Assembly: GCA_050309605.1 (NCBI GenBank)
Contig: JBNRMN010000085.1
Coordinates: forward strand, 1 to 25,107
Reading direction: 5' to 3'
DNA length: 25,107 nucleotides
Source: Anaerohalosphaeraceae bacterium
GTDB taxonomy: Bacteria; Planctomycetota; Phycisphaerae; Sedimentisphaerales; Anaerohalosphaeraceae
This document shows, one piece after another, positions 7,735-16,524 of the stretch. Under the pieces are notes generated by a model. The model had not been told where the DNA came from. It ran no database searches and saw only the letters and a program-made list of their open reading frames with translations. Made by a program: the position numbers and the translations under genes. The first letter of the stretch is position 1. Each line of letters starts with the position of its first letter.

Positions 7735-7742
7735 GAATTGAT

Positions 7743-8096
7743 ATGAGCAATTTACTGAACAACGGCCTGGACTGGCTGGAGCAGAAGCTCCTGGGTTTCT
7801 GCTCCAGTCCGGTCGCGTATCGGCGAAACAGCCAAACCGTAACTGTTAATGCCGTCTTCGGCAAAACCGACTATGAGGTGGACAATGAGTCGGGTCTGCG
7901 TGTGGGCAGTTTTGTGTGGGATTTTCTGATGGATGCAGAGGCTTTGGCCATGACGCCGGAGATTGGTGACATCGTGGTGGTTAACAACAAACAATTTGAA
8001 GTGATGGCTCTGTCCGGTCAGGGCTGCTGGCGCTGGACGGGGCCGAACCAAAAAACCTATCGTATCCACACTCAGGAGATTGGCAGTGACCTGTAA
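7743..8096 (+). CDS. Putative phage head-tail joining/head-closure protein
   Basis: MSNLLNNGLDWLEQK...VAYRR...FGKTDYEV...WDFL...PEIGDIV...WRW...YRIHT; lies after DUF2190. Start taken at ATG 7743. Confidence 0.6.
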   Translation: MSNLLNNGLDWLEQKLLGFCSSPVAYRRNSQTVTVNAVFGKTDYEVDNESGLRVGSFVWDFLMDAEALAMTPEIGDIVVVNNKQFEVMALSGQGCWRWTGPNQKTYRIHTQEIGSDL

Positions 8097-8322
8097 AGAA
8101 CAATATGAAAACGTCTGCAAGGACGAGTTTGCCGGGCTGCATGATAAGCTGGACAAGATGGACGAAGCCATCCGCGGCAACGGCAAGCCGGGGATTCAGG
8201 TCCGCCTGGACCGGCTGGAGCAGGAACGGCTCAGCCGCAGCAAGGTGGCGTGGTTTGTTATCGGCTGTATCACGACGTTGGCCGGTTCGATTGCCACATC
8301 GTGGATTGTGAGGACGCTATGA
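8086..8322 (+). CDS. Small phage membrane protein (coiled coil + one C-terminal TM helix)
   Basis: LHDKLDKMDEAIRGNGKPGIQVRLDRLEQ then hydrophobic VAWFVIGCITTLAGSIATSWIV. AGGAG at 8074-8078 favours the GTG start at 8086. Confidence 0.7.
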   Translation: MTCKEQYENVCKDEFAGLHDKLDKMDEAIRGNGKPGIQVRLDRLEQERLSRSKVAWFVIGCITTLAGSIATSWIVRTL

Positions 8323-8741
8323 AAATCGCCATTGATATTGCTGATGCGGTCGCTGCCGAGCTGGCGAACTTGCCTTTGACCATTCATCGCCGTGTCCTGC
8401 CGGAATACGAGTTGGCCGAACTGAAGAGCCTGACGGTTACCGTGGTGCCCAAGTCGGTCGAGATCGCCTATGTCACACGGGATGCGACCGGTTATGAGGT
8501 GGCGATAGACATCGGGATTCAGCAAAAGATCGGTAAGGACACCGATGCGGAGGTCACACGGCTAAGCGACGTTGTCAGTGAGATCGTATCGTTCCTGAAC
8601 CGTCGTTCGTTGCCGACGCTCAAGGCGCGGTTTAAGGCCCTCGTCAACGAGCCGGTCTATGCCCCGGAAATGCTCCGTGAAAAACGGCTGTTTTTGTCCG
8701 TGGTCACCGTAACCTATCTTTGTCAGGAGGTGGTACGATAA
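8319..8741 (+). CDS. Putative phage tail terminator / neck protein; last codons altered by the IS110 insertion
   Basis: ATGA overlap with the previous gene. IADAVAAEL, RRVLPEYEL, IDIGIQQK, EPVYAPE and FLSVVTVTY. The terminal VVR* is read from IS sequence. Confidence 0.6.
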   Translation: MKIAIDIADAVAAELANLPLTIHRRVLPEYELAELKSLTVTVVPKSVEIAYVTRDATGYEVAIDIGIQQKIGKDTDAEVTRLSDVVSEIVSFLNRRSLPTLKARFKALVNEPVYAPEMLREKRLFLSVVTVTYLCQEVVR

Positions 8742-8745
8742 ATCC

Positions 8746-9015
8746 TGAATGAGGTTGAGCCGATATTTTTTCTTTCTTTTTTCCCCGGTTTGGGGTGAGG
8801 GGAAAAAAGCGAAAAAATATCTTCTTGACAGCATTCGTTGGCGTTTTAACTTCGATTTTACGAATCGGAGTAGAATAGGTTTCAGGCTGCATGATTCGTA
8901 TGGGGCATCGACCTCGAACAGGAGAATATTCAGACCTGTAACCGAACCGGCCACAATAAGGCATTGCGACCTTGTATAGGAGAATGGTGGACGCCGACAG
9001 TGAAGTCTACTCCAG
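8746..9015 (+). ncRNA. Candidate IS110 bridge RNA
   Basis: Structured left end: hairpin 8762-8821, enclosing stem 8867-8874/9006-9013, and two internal arms (8878-8943, 8948-8996). The arms contain CAGGAG (equal to the left target flank) and ATAGGAG (equal to the right-end donor sequence). RNA ends are approximate. Confidence 0.6.
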
Positions 9016-9050
9016 ACAATGGAAACCATGAATGTTTAGGAGAACGCACA

Positions 9051-10064
9051 ATGAGTTATCTTGGAGTAGACTTGCACACGAACAGTTTTACGGTGTGCCA
9101 TCGGACCAAGCAGGGAAAGCAGCGTATTGCAACGTATGCCATCGACCGGATGGATCGGTTTGGCAAGACCTTGCGGAAACGGGACGACGTGGCCGTGGAA
9201 GCGACCGGCAATACGGCGTGGTTTGTCGAGCAGATTCGGTCGTCTGTCAGAAAAGTGATTGTGGTGGATCCGAACCAGTTTAAGGTGATTCGTCAGTCGG
9301 TAAAAAAGACGGACAAACACGACGCCAGGGCATTGGCGTTATTTTTGAGCAAAGGCATGTTGCCTGAGGCACGTATGAAAGAAAAAAAGAACACCCAGTT
9401 GCATTCATTGGCCGCCACGCGGGACAAGCTGGTCAAACAGCGAACGGCGTTGGCAAACAAGGTGCATAATGTCCTGAACAGTTACGGCCTGAAATGGAAA
9501 AAAGAGACACTGACAACAGAAAAGGGTCTCAAGAGTATTTTGTCCTTTGACTGGGACACAATTGTACGGGTCGAGCTGGAGGTGCTGACCGATCAGATTC
9601 GGTCGCTGACCCGAAGCATCAAGCGTTTGGATGCGGACATTGCTGAACACGGCAAGGTGCTGAAAGGCCATGAAAACCTCAGCAGTATCAAGGGTATCGG
9701 CGAAAAGTCGGCCACCGTGCTGCTCAGTGTCATCGGCAATGTGAAGGATTTTGCCAATGAAGACAAACTGGCGTCGTATTTCGGGATTGTGCCGCGCGTC
9801 AAGGATTCCAATGAGATCGTACGGCATGGGCGGATCACCAAACACGGCTCGACCCTGGCTCGCACGACATTGGTGCAATGCACCTTGTCGGCCAAACGGT
9901 ACAGTCCCTATTTGAGGCAGTATTATGAACGGATCAAGCGAACACGCGGCAGCGGCAAAGCGATCATTGCCACCGCACGGAAACTGCTTGGGATCATCTA
10001 CAAAACCCTGACACATGACTGGGTGTTTGAGGACTTCCCAAACTTTGTGATCGCAACACGTTAG
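9051..10064 (+). CDS. IS110 family transposase/recombinase (DEDD RuvC-like + Transposase_20)
   Basis: YLGVDLH, VAVEATG, KKTDKHDA, SIKGIG, YFGIVPRVKDS, GRITKHG and AIIATARKL. AGGAG RBS before ATG 9051. Confidence 0.95.
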   Translation: MSYLGVDLHTNSFTVCHRTKQGKQRIATYAIDRMDRFGKTLRKRDDVAVEATGNTAWFVEQIRSSVRKVIVVDPNQFKVIRQSVKKTDKHDARALALFLSKGMLPEARMKEKKNTQLHSLAATRDKLVKQRTALANKVHNVLNSYGLKWKKETLTTEKGLKSILSFDWDTIVRVELEVLTDQIRSLTRSIKRLDADIAEHGKVLKGHENLSSIKGIGEKSATVLLSVIGNVKDFANEDKLASYFGIVPRVKDSNEIVRHGRITKHGSTLARTTLVQCTLSAKRYSPYLRQYYERIKRTRGSGKAIIATARKLLGIIYKTLTHDWVFEDFPNFVIATR

Positions 10065-10115
10065 CGTAAAAATAATTGAAAATTGGAGTAGACTTTTATC
10101 ATAGGAGACCACCAT

Positions 10116-13100
10116 ATGTTCCATCTGACTTTACGAGTGCCTTGGCATGACCGCCAATGGGATGGTTGTGTTTGTGACAAACCGTTACAGAACTCCTTTT
10201 GCGTTGCGCTTGACCGTATCCGTGTGGAGCGAGACGAAATAGCGGAAGACAAAATCAAGGGGCAGCACTTTCGTGATTTGAGTCAGCATGAACTGCCTGC
10301 CTGTAAAGCCGAGTCCGGATACTTCATGAGTCCACACTCATGGTTACGCGAGTTTAAACATCCCTATAGCCAAAACAAAAAAGCTCAGGCAACCCACGGC
10401 AATTTGGAGAAAACGAGCATTCCTGTCCCTGAGTATTCAACATTTGCTGTTCCCTTTGCATGGATGCTGCGAAAAAATCAGAAGCAGCTTGAGGCGGGCC
10501 TCCCCAACCCACTGCCACCCGACGAGAAACCTCCCTTCGAGACTCCTTGGGTATTCGGGCGTTCCCGACAGGAGGCGATTTCTGATCTGATGTTCGGGCG
10601 GATCACGGATGATAAGTCACTGGTGTTCTTTTACACCAAGGAAGGACATCCTCTTGGCGACAATCTACCACGCCTAGTAATCGGCGTTGGGCGAGTGTTG
10701 AGAGTTGGGAAATTGTTGTACTATGAATCTTCGGGTAAGACCACCTACCCTCTGTGGGACCGCATCATCCGCCACTCAATCCGAACTGATGGCCATGACG
10801 GCTTTCTTCTGCCGTATCACGACTATCTTAAACTTACGGGAGACCCCGAGGAAGACGCTCGCAGACGTGAACTCCTTCTGGAGATAGCTGTAGCCGTCGA
10901 TTGGGGACACATGAAGGAGTTCTCGCACGCGGCAGAATTGGCTCCGCCTGGCACCGCTCTTTCTACGCTGACTCGATGCCTCGCTGCAGTGCGTCTTATC
11001 CGAAAGCACGGAATTGCGGAAGGCCCCTGGGATCGGCATGAGGAATGGCTTAATCAGCAAATCGCGGATGTGTGGCAAGATCGCGGTGCATTTCCGGGTA
11101 CTGGGTCCGCCCTTGAAGCACTAGGAATGAGGTTGGGCACTTCTCTGTACTTCGAATTGCTGGCCATGGGGGCCGTGCAACCGAGCGATAACCCGTGGAC
11201 CGTGGTAGATGCAATCTTACGCGGCAAAAAAAATCCTCCCCAGACAGCGTATTCCGGTGACATCAAAGCCATTCGCTCGACATGGGAAGGGCTATCCGCC
11301 GAACGACGAGCTCTACTGGAACTCCTTTCTCGTTTCGACTTGACTCCTGGGCAGGCACAGCGGTGGTTCGACCCAAACAAAAGAGCTAATGCTACTCATG
11401 CTCAGATAACGGACAGGGAAATACTGGAAAACCCGTATCGTACAGTGGAGGCAGACCTGGGTGATCATGAAAACGTGCCAGTAAGCATAGGCATGGTCGA
11501 CCGCGGCCTCATGCCAGATAGTTCAATTGCGGCAAAGCACCCAGTACCTGCACCTTCATCGGTTGATTCTCCATTAGATAAGCGACGTGTTCGAGCTGCC
11601 TTAGTCTCTATCCTTAAATCGGCAGCCAATGAGGGGGACGCCCTCATGGGCATTAGCGAAATTTTAGAGCGGATGCCGAAAATCGACTTGTCTCAGCCCT
11701 GCAATGTTGGAATGGATTGGTTAAATGCGAATAAAGGTTTTCTCTCAGAGGTCGTAGAGACGGTCGATATCACTGTCAAATCCGGAAAGACAGAGAAACT
11801 AATTCCATCATTACAACTCACTGAATATCGCAAACAAGAAGATAGGCTGCGTAACGTCCTTCATGCCCGCGCGGAAAGAAAAACGGTCACAGTGAAAACT
11901 AGTTGGGCGGCTTTACTCAAAAAGGCCATTCAAGATGCTGGAGGGGCATACGACCCAAAGAATCCCCGTCACACCGCTGCACTTAAAGAGCAGACAGACG
12001 CACTGGCCTGCATCATTGATAGAAAGCTGACCGTCCTGACCGGAAAAGCCGGTACAGGCAAGACATCTGTGCTGGGTGCATTGTTGCTTTGCGATGATAT
12101 TATCAAGGACGGCATTCTGTTATTAGCCCCGACGGGTAAAGCACGTGTGCGACTTGGTCGCGCTACAAACGCTGAAGCAATGACGGTTGCCCAGTTCTTG
12201 AACAGTCTCGGACGGTATGATGGAGTCAGGCAAAAACCTCTGCTTGTCGGCAAGGACAAGTACAGGAAGGAGAAAACAGTTGTTATTGATGAAGCATCGA
12301 TGCTGACAATGGATACCCTCTTGGCCGTATTGGAAGCATTAGACTTGGCACATGTCCAGCGACTGATCCTTGTTGGCGATCCCAATCAATTACCACCCAT
12401 TGGGGTCGGAAGACCCTTTGCGGATTTAGTTGCTAGTTTTGAAAGTGCATTGGCGTCAAATGACCCTTTAATTCAGAATCGCGGATTAGCAATGGCTCGT
12501 CTATCTGTTGAAGTGCGAGCTGTGGCTGGTGCACCTTCTGGCACGCTTCGCCTGGCATCGTGGTTCACACGCGAGCCACAAATGGTGGATGCAGACCGCA
12601 TTCTAAGCGACATAGAAATGAATGGGGCTTTTAATGATTTAGAACTCTGTTTTTGGAAAACTCCCGAGGAACTTCGCTCAAGATTCATGGAGCAATTCAA
12701 GAAGCAATTTGGGATAAATAATGAGAAGGACGTTGATAATTTTAACCTCGCTTTGGGTTTCAACCCTGAAGGATGGATGCCATTTGATGCCCCAGAAGGT
12801 GCAGAGAACTTCCAGATACTCTCTCCTGTGCGTATGCACCCATACGGTGTGCGTGAGATCAACAGATGGGTACAGCGATCCTTTCGAATGGATAAGCTGC
12901 AAAAGGCGAGAGCATTTCGGGGAACAAGTCTGGGTGATGAGGAAATTGTCGTTAGCGATAAAGTTATTCAGCTCGATAACGGAACCAGATATGCTTATGA
13001 CGGAAATGGCCAATTGGAAGTATATCTTGCCAACGGAGAAATCGGAGTTGTGTGCCCTGGCAAGGCAGGATGGGTAAATGTGGTTTTCAGCGGAAGAAAG

Positions 13101-13805
13101 AATATTAGGGTCGGATACAGCAAGCGAGATTTTCCACAAGGAAGTGGACCATTGGAACTTGCATACGCGCTTACTGTTCATAAGGCGCAGGGCAGTGAAT
13201 TCAAGAAGGTGTTTGTTGTTATCCCCAGAAAATGTAGACCCTTGTCCAGAGAACTGCTTTATACTGCACTGACAAGGTCCCGCGAGAAGCTCGTTCTATT
13301 AATCGAAGGGAATGATGGCTCTTGTTTGTATGATTTTTCTCGACCGGAAAAATCTGAAACTGCAAGAAGAAACACCAACCTGTTTACGAGTGCTGTCCGT
13401 GATCAAGCAGAGACAGTCCCTTACGTTGAACATCTCATACACCGTACCGAGAAGGGGCATATGGTTCGCAGCAAATCGGAACTTGTCATTGCGAATATTC
13501 TATTCCACATAGAAGGCCTGCGTGACTACGAATATGAGCGAGTTTACGAGGGAATCACTGTACCCGGGAAGATGCGTCCCGATTTTTCTTGGGTCACTCC
13601 CGCAGGTGACCTACTGATCTGGGAACATTTAGGGATGTTGGGACGCGACGACTATCGAATAGCTTGGGAATGGAAAAAGGATTGGTATGAGAAGAATTGT
13701 TTTCAAGTCGGTAAGAATCTGTTTACAACACAAGAGGATAATGGTGGCAGACTTAATTCTCAAGAAATCATATCTGTTGCAAGGATAATAGAAAAAATTC
13801 TTTAA
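10116..13805 (+). CDS. Large RecD-like SF1B helicase with long N-terminal extension and C-terminal PD-(D/E)XK-like nuclease domain
   Basis: Helicase motifs GKAGTGKT, LLAPTGKA, VIDEASM, LVGDPNQLPPIG, LANGEIG, AYALTVHKAQGSEF and LLYTALTR. C-terminal VRSKSELVIAN...YEYE...PDF...IWEHLGM. Confidence 0.88.
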   Translation: MFHLTLRVPWHDRQWDGCVCDKPLQNSFCVALDRIRVERDEIAEDKIKGQHFRDLSQHELPACKAESGYFMSPHSWLREFKHPYSQNKKAQATHGNLEKTSIPVPEYSTFAVPFAWMLRKNQKQLEAGLPNPLPPDEKPPFETPWVFGRSRQEAISDLMFGRITDDKSLVFFYTKEGHPLGDNLPRLVIGVGRVLRVGKLLYYESSGKTTYPLWDRIIRHSIRTDGHDGFLLPYHDYLKLTGDPEEDARRRELLLEIAVAVDWGHMKEFSHAAELAPPGTALSTLTRCLAAVRLIRKHGIAEGPWDRHEEWLNQQIADVWQDRGAFPGTGSALEALGMRLGTSLYFELLAMGAVQPSDNPWTVVDAILRGKKNPPQTAYSGDIKAIRSTWEGLSAERRALLELLSRFDLTPGQAQRWFDPNKRANATHAQITDREILENPYRTVEADLGDHENVPVSIGMVDRGLMPDSSIAAKHPVPAPSSVDSPLDKRRVRAALVSILKSAANEGDALMGISEILERMPKIDLSQPCNVGMDWLNANKGFLSEVVETVDITVKSGKTEKLIPSLQLTEYRKQEDRLRNVLHARAERKTVTVKTSWAALLKKAIQDAGGAYDPKNPRHTAALKEQTDALACIIDRKLTVLTGKAGTGKTSVLGALLLCDDIIKDGILLLAPTGKARVRLGRATNAEAMTVAQFLNSLGRYDGVRQKPLLVGKDKYRKEKTVVIDEASMLTMDTLLAVLEALDLAHVQRLILVGDPNQLPPIGVGRPFADLVASFESALASNDPLIQNRGLAMARLSVEVRAVAGAPSGTLRLASWFTREPQMVDADRILSDIEMNGAFNDLELCFWKTPEELRSRFMEQFKKQFGINNEKDVDNFNLALGFNPEGWMPFDAPEGAENFQILSPVRMHPYGVREINRWVQRSFRMDKLQKARAFRGTSLGDEEIVVSDKVIQLDNGTRYAYDGNGQLEVYLANGEIGVVCPGKAGWVNVVFSGRKNIRVGYSKRDFPQGSGPLELAYALTVHKAQGSEFKKVFVVIPRKCRPLSRELLYTALTRSREKLVLLIEGNDGSCLYDFSRPEKSETARRNTNLFTSAVRDQAETVPYVEHLIHRTEKGHMVRSKSELVIANILFHIEGLRDYEYERVYEGITVPGKMRPDFSWVTPAGDLLIWEHLGMLGRDDYRIAWEWKKDWYEKNCFQVGKNLFTTQEDNGGRLNSQEIISVARIIEKIL

Positions 13806-13855
13806 CAATTTTGAATAGCCATAAAGCCCATTAACAAACAGTTCAAAGGATCGGC

Positions 13856-14350
13856 ATGAGCAAACCATTCAATTTAAAAGTTAAGAAGCAAAAAACTACT
13901 GCGCAATCAAAAGTTCCTATTATTTGTGCTGTCCACAAGGAATTGAAAGCATGCTTTAATGGATGGAAAGGTCAAGCTAAACGACGACGAAAAAAATTCC
14001 ATTTGACCTTCCAAGACATACAGCAGATATGGATAGCGCAGAACGGGCATTGTGCTGTTACTGGTCAAGCCATGACTTTTACAAAGAAAGACGTCAATAA
14101 AGTTTCTCTCGATAGAGTGGATTCAAGTGGTGATTACAGTTACAACAATGTGCGGATGGTGGCCGTGAAGGTAAATTATGCTCGACATACATATTCCGAT
14201 GATGATCTTCGGACAATTCTTAAGGATATGGAACATATCGATAGGTTGCGTAAGGCCTTGAGTGGCGGAAAGAACTGGTTCAAAAGAGCTGTTTTGCTGC
14301 CGGAGTACATTAAAATTTTTGGCCGACCGAATTCCGCTAACCGTCGATGA
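13856..14350 (+). CDS. HNH/His-Me finger-like endonuclease
   Basis: QNGHCAVTG...VSLDRVDSSGDYSYNNVRMVAVKVN pattern; basic N-terminus. Confidence 0.65.
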   Translation: MSKPFNLKVKKQKTTAQSKVPIICAVHKELKACFNGWKGQAKRRRKKFHLTFQDIQQIWIAQNGHCAVTGQAMTFTKKDVNKVSLDRVDSSGDYSYNNVRMVAVKVNYARHTYSDDDLRTILKDMEHIDRLRKALSGGKNWFKRAVLLPEYIKIFGRPNSANRR

Positions 14351-14383
14351 ACCCATCGCGGTGGTTGTAAGTGCAATTCAGTC

Positions 14384-15091
14384 CTATAGAACGATTCCGG
14401 TAACCACTAAGCCGAGAGCGTACCCCAGACCAATCAAGTTTGCCAATGTGGGAGGTAGATCCCGCTCAAGCCCGATGCGGTGGACATCTACCCCCCTGAC
14501 CCTCATGGCCAGCCACAGGTCGTCAAGCTTAACCATCACGCCGACGAGCAGCGGAACCAGGAGTGCAGATAGGTTACGAGGAAGATGCTTCATCCGCTGT
14601 AGGCCCCGTTCCCGGCCCAGCCCGCGAGCACGCTGTGCGACTATGATACGACGTGTCTCCTCGAAGATGACAGGCAGAAAGCGTAGCCCCATGCCAATGG
14701 CCAGACAGAATGTCTTCGGCAACCGCAGCCACCGCAATCCCGCAACGATATCGTAAGGACGAGTCGCGACGAAGAACGCGATACAGATACCCCCAACCGC
14801 CATCCACCTCGCAACCGCAACGCCAGCAGCCAAGACTCCTGCTTTGGTGGGGTCGCCCGCGACGGCCAGCCCGAAGAAGACCATGAGAACAACTACGAAC
14901 ATCGGAATCGCCCGGAGATATGGGGAACGGTCCACTCGGCACAATACCAATGCCGCGACAGCCGAGATGAGGAGCCACCCAACGAGAACCACACTGTTCG
15001 TAAAGGCGGCAATAGAATACGCTATCAGAAGGGATAGTTTTACCCTATAGTCGGTTTCGCCAACAACGCGATGGAAGACGCCACTCACCAC
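14384..15091 (-). CDS. ECF transporter transmembrane T component (EcfT/CbiQ family)
   Basis: Several TM helices, LRFLPVIFEETRRIIVAQRARG and AMRVRG (the two Ala-Arg-Gly-type motifs). Confidence 0.9.
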   Translation of the reverse strand: MVSGVFHRVVGETDYRVKLSLLIAYSIAAFTNSVVLVGWLLISAVAALVLCRVDRSPYLRAIPMFVVVLMVFFGLAVAGDPTKAGVLAAGVAVARWMAVGGICIAFFVATRPYDIVAGLRWLRLPKTFCLAIGMGLRFLPVIFEETRRIIVAQRARGLGRERGLQRMKHLPRNLSALLVPLLVGVMVKLDDLWLAMRVRGVDVHRIGLERDLPPTLANLIGLGYALGLVVTGIVL

Positions 15092-16524
15092 TCATCACCT
15101 TCACTTAGGCCAAAATGGCGATGAACTTCGCCAATCACCTCGTTCGTTGGACCGGAACAGGTGATGCGCCCATCGGATAGCAGAACAAGGCGGTCGGTCT
15201 CTTGCCTGATGAGTTGAAGATCATGGGTCGCAATAACAAACACCGTCCCCTTAGTCTTCTGCCATTCATGGATTAGACGCTTCAGAGCGGCCCTGTGGTA
15301 TAGGTCAAGGCCAAGCTCGGGTTCGTCAAGCAGCACCACATCGGGTTCTAACACAAAGGCACATGCAAGCGCTAGAATCTTCTTCTGGCCATACGAGAGT
15401 GTGTGTGGATCACGCTCCAGATCGCCAAGCCCAAAGAACTCCTGTCCCCACTCAATCCGACGTTCAATCTCTGTGGGCGAAACAGAATGGTTTTCAAGAC
15501 CGAAACGCAGTTCCTCACGTATCGAGCGAGCGAACAATTGATGGTTCGGATTCTGAAAAACGATTGCCGTCCGATGGCCGGGCTTGGAGGAGTTGACGGA
15601 TATAAGGCTCCCACCTCGTCTTGCCCGAGCGAGGCCCCCGAGGAGGCAGAGCAACGTGGACTTTCCGCTGCCGTTGGCTCCTACTAACCCTAGCGTAGAG
15701 CCATGAGCGACCGATAGTGGTTGGGCAAGGTCAAGCCTAAAACGTCCACCACGGTATGCGAACTCCATCCTCTCGCACAACACGAGTTCGGGGCCAGCCG
15801 GCGTGGCCCTACCGAGAGATGGCTGCGGATGAGCATCGTCTGGTTCAATATCGAACAAATCAGCCAGAGCGACAGGGGACAAACTCGTGCCACTCGTGTC
15901 CAGTCGCAATGTACCACACTTGAGGCCCAGAACGCGATCTGCGATCTCGAATACGCCAGTGGGGCGTTGGCTAAGCAGCAGCAGCTGCACGCCAGACGCG
16001 CGGAGTGATTTCAGAAGACGTGTCAATTGCCTTTGAGAAGGCGGGTCAAGTGTCGTACCGGGCTCATCAAGCACCAAGCATCGCGGCTTTCTCGCGACCG
16101 CGATAGCAAGTGCCGCTTTTTGCCGCTGTCCCATGGAAAGCTCTGCTGGGGACCGGTCCATCAAGTCTTGAAGCTGGAAGTGCTCAACAACTTCGAGGTC
16201 GGGAAACTCGTCCGCAAGGCGTAGAGAGAAAAACTGCGCATCACAGTCTTGAAACAGAATGCCCACCTTCGCAAGCCACGCCTCGGTCGATGTCGTCGAC
16301 AGCAAAGCTCCATCAACGCGGACCTCACCATCCACTGTTCCGTCCATTAACCGTGGCAGAATGCCAGTTACAACGTATCCGAGCGAACTTTTTCCAGAGC
16401 CATTCCGGCCCAACACGGCAACAGATTCGCCCCGGTCGAGAGTAAAGCTTACTTCACGGAGTACTGACTCTCCAGTTCCTGTTGACTCATAGGAGGCGTG
16501 GCGAATGTCAACGGTCAGGCTCAT
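15085..16524 (-). CDS. ECF transporter fused double ATPase (A-A')
   Basis: Two ABC domains: GRNGSGKS/LSMGQRQK/LVLDEP and GANGSGKS/FQNPNHQLF/LSYGQKK/LLDEP/IATHD. Confidence 0.9.
   Translation of the reverse strand: MSLTVDIRHASYESTGTGESVLREVSFTLDRGESVAVLGRNGSGKSSLGYVVTGILPRLMDGTVDGEVRVDGALLSTTSTEAWLAKVGILFQDCDAQFFSLRLADEFPDLEVVEHFQLQDLMDRSPAELSMGQRQKAALAIAVARKPRCLVLDEPGTTLDPPSQRQLTRLLKSLRASGVQLLLLSQRPTGVFEIADRVLGLKCGTLRLDTSGTSLSPVALADLFDIEPDDAHPQPSLGRATPAGPELVLCERMEFAYRGGRFRLDLAQPLSVAHGSTLGLVGANGSGKSTLLCLLGGLARARRGGSLISVNSSKPGHRTAIVFQNPNHQLFARSIREELRFGLENHSVSPTEIERRIEWGQEFFGLGDLERDPHTLSYGQKKILALACAFVLEPDVVLLDEPELGLDLYHRAALKRLIHEWQKTKGTVFVIATHDLQLIRQETDRLVLLSDGRITCSGPTNEVIGEVHRHFGLSEGDEW

Larger units (their letters stand above)
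8730..10107 (+). mobile_element. IS110-family insertion sequence (about 1.38 kb) with long left non-coding end
   Basis: AGGAG at both junctions (8725-8729 and 10103-10107). Joining the right end to the left end gives TAGACT-17 bp-TACGAT. DEDD recombinase inside; no terminal IRs. Confidence 0.8.

Noticed and set aside
8964..9050. N-terminal extension of the transposase in the ORF track
   Set aside because: The family begins at MSYLGVDLH (9051) with its own RBS; the extension overlaps the structured non-coding end.
8976..10108. Alternative short IS boundary using the 8-bp direct repeat ATAGGAGA and the 12-bp inverted repeat as IS1111-type ends
   Set aside because: It leaves no room for a guide RNA and leaves 8730-8975 unexplained, whereas the 8730 boundary creates a correctly spaced junction promoter. 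Not fully excluded.
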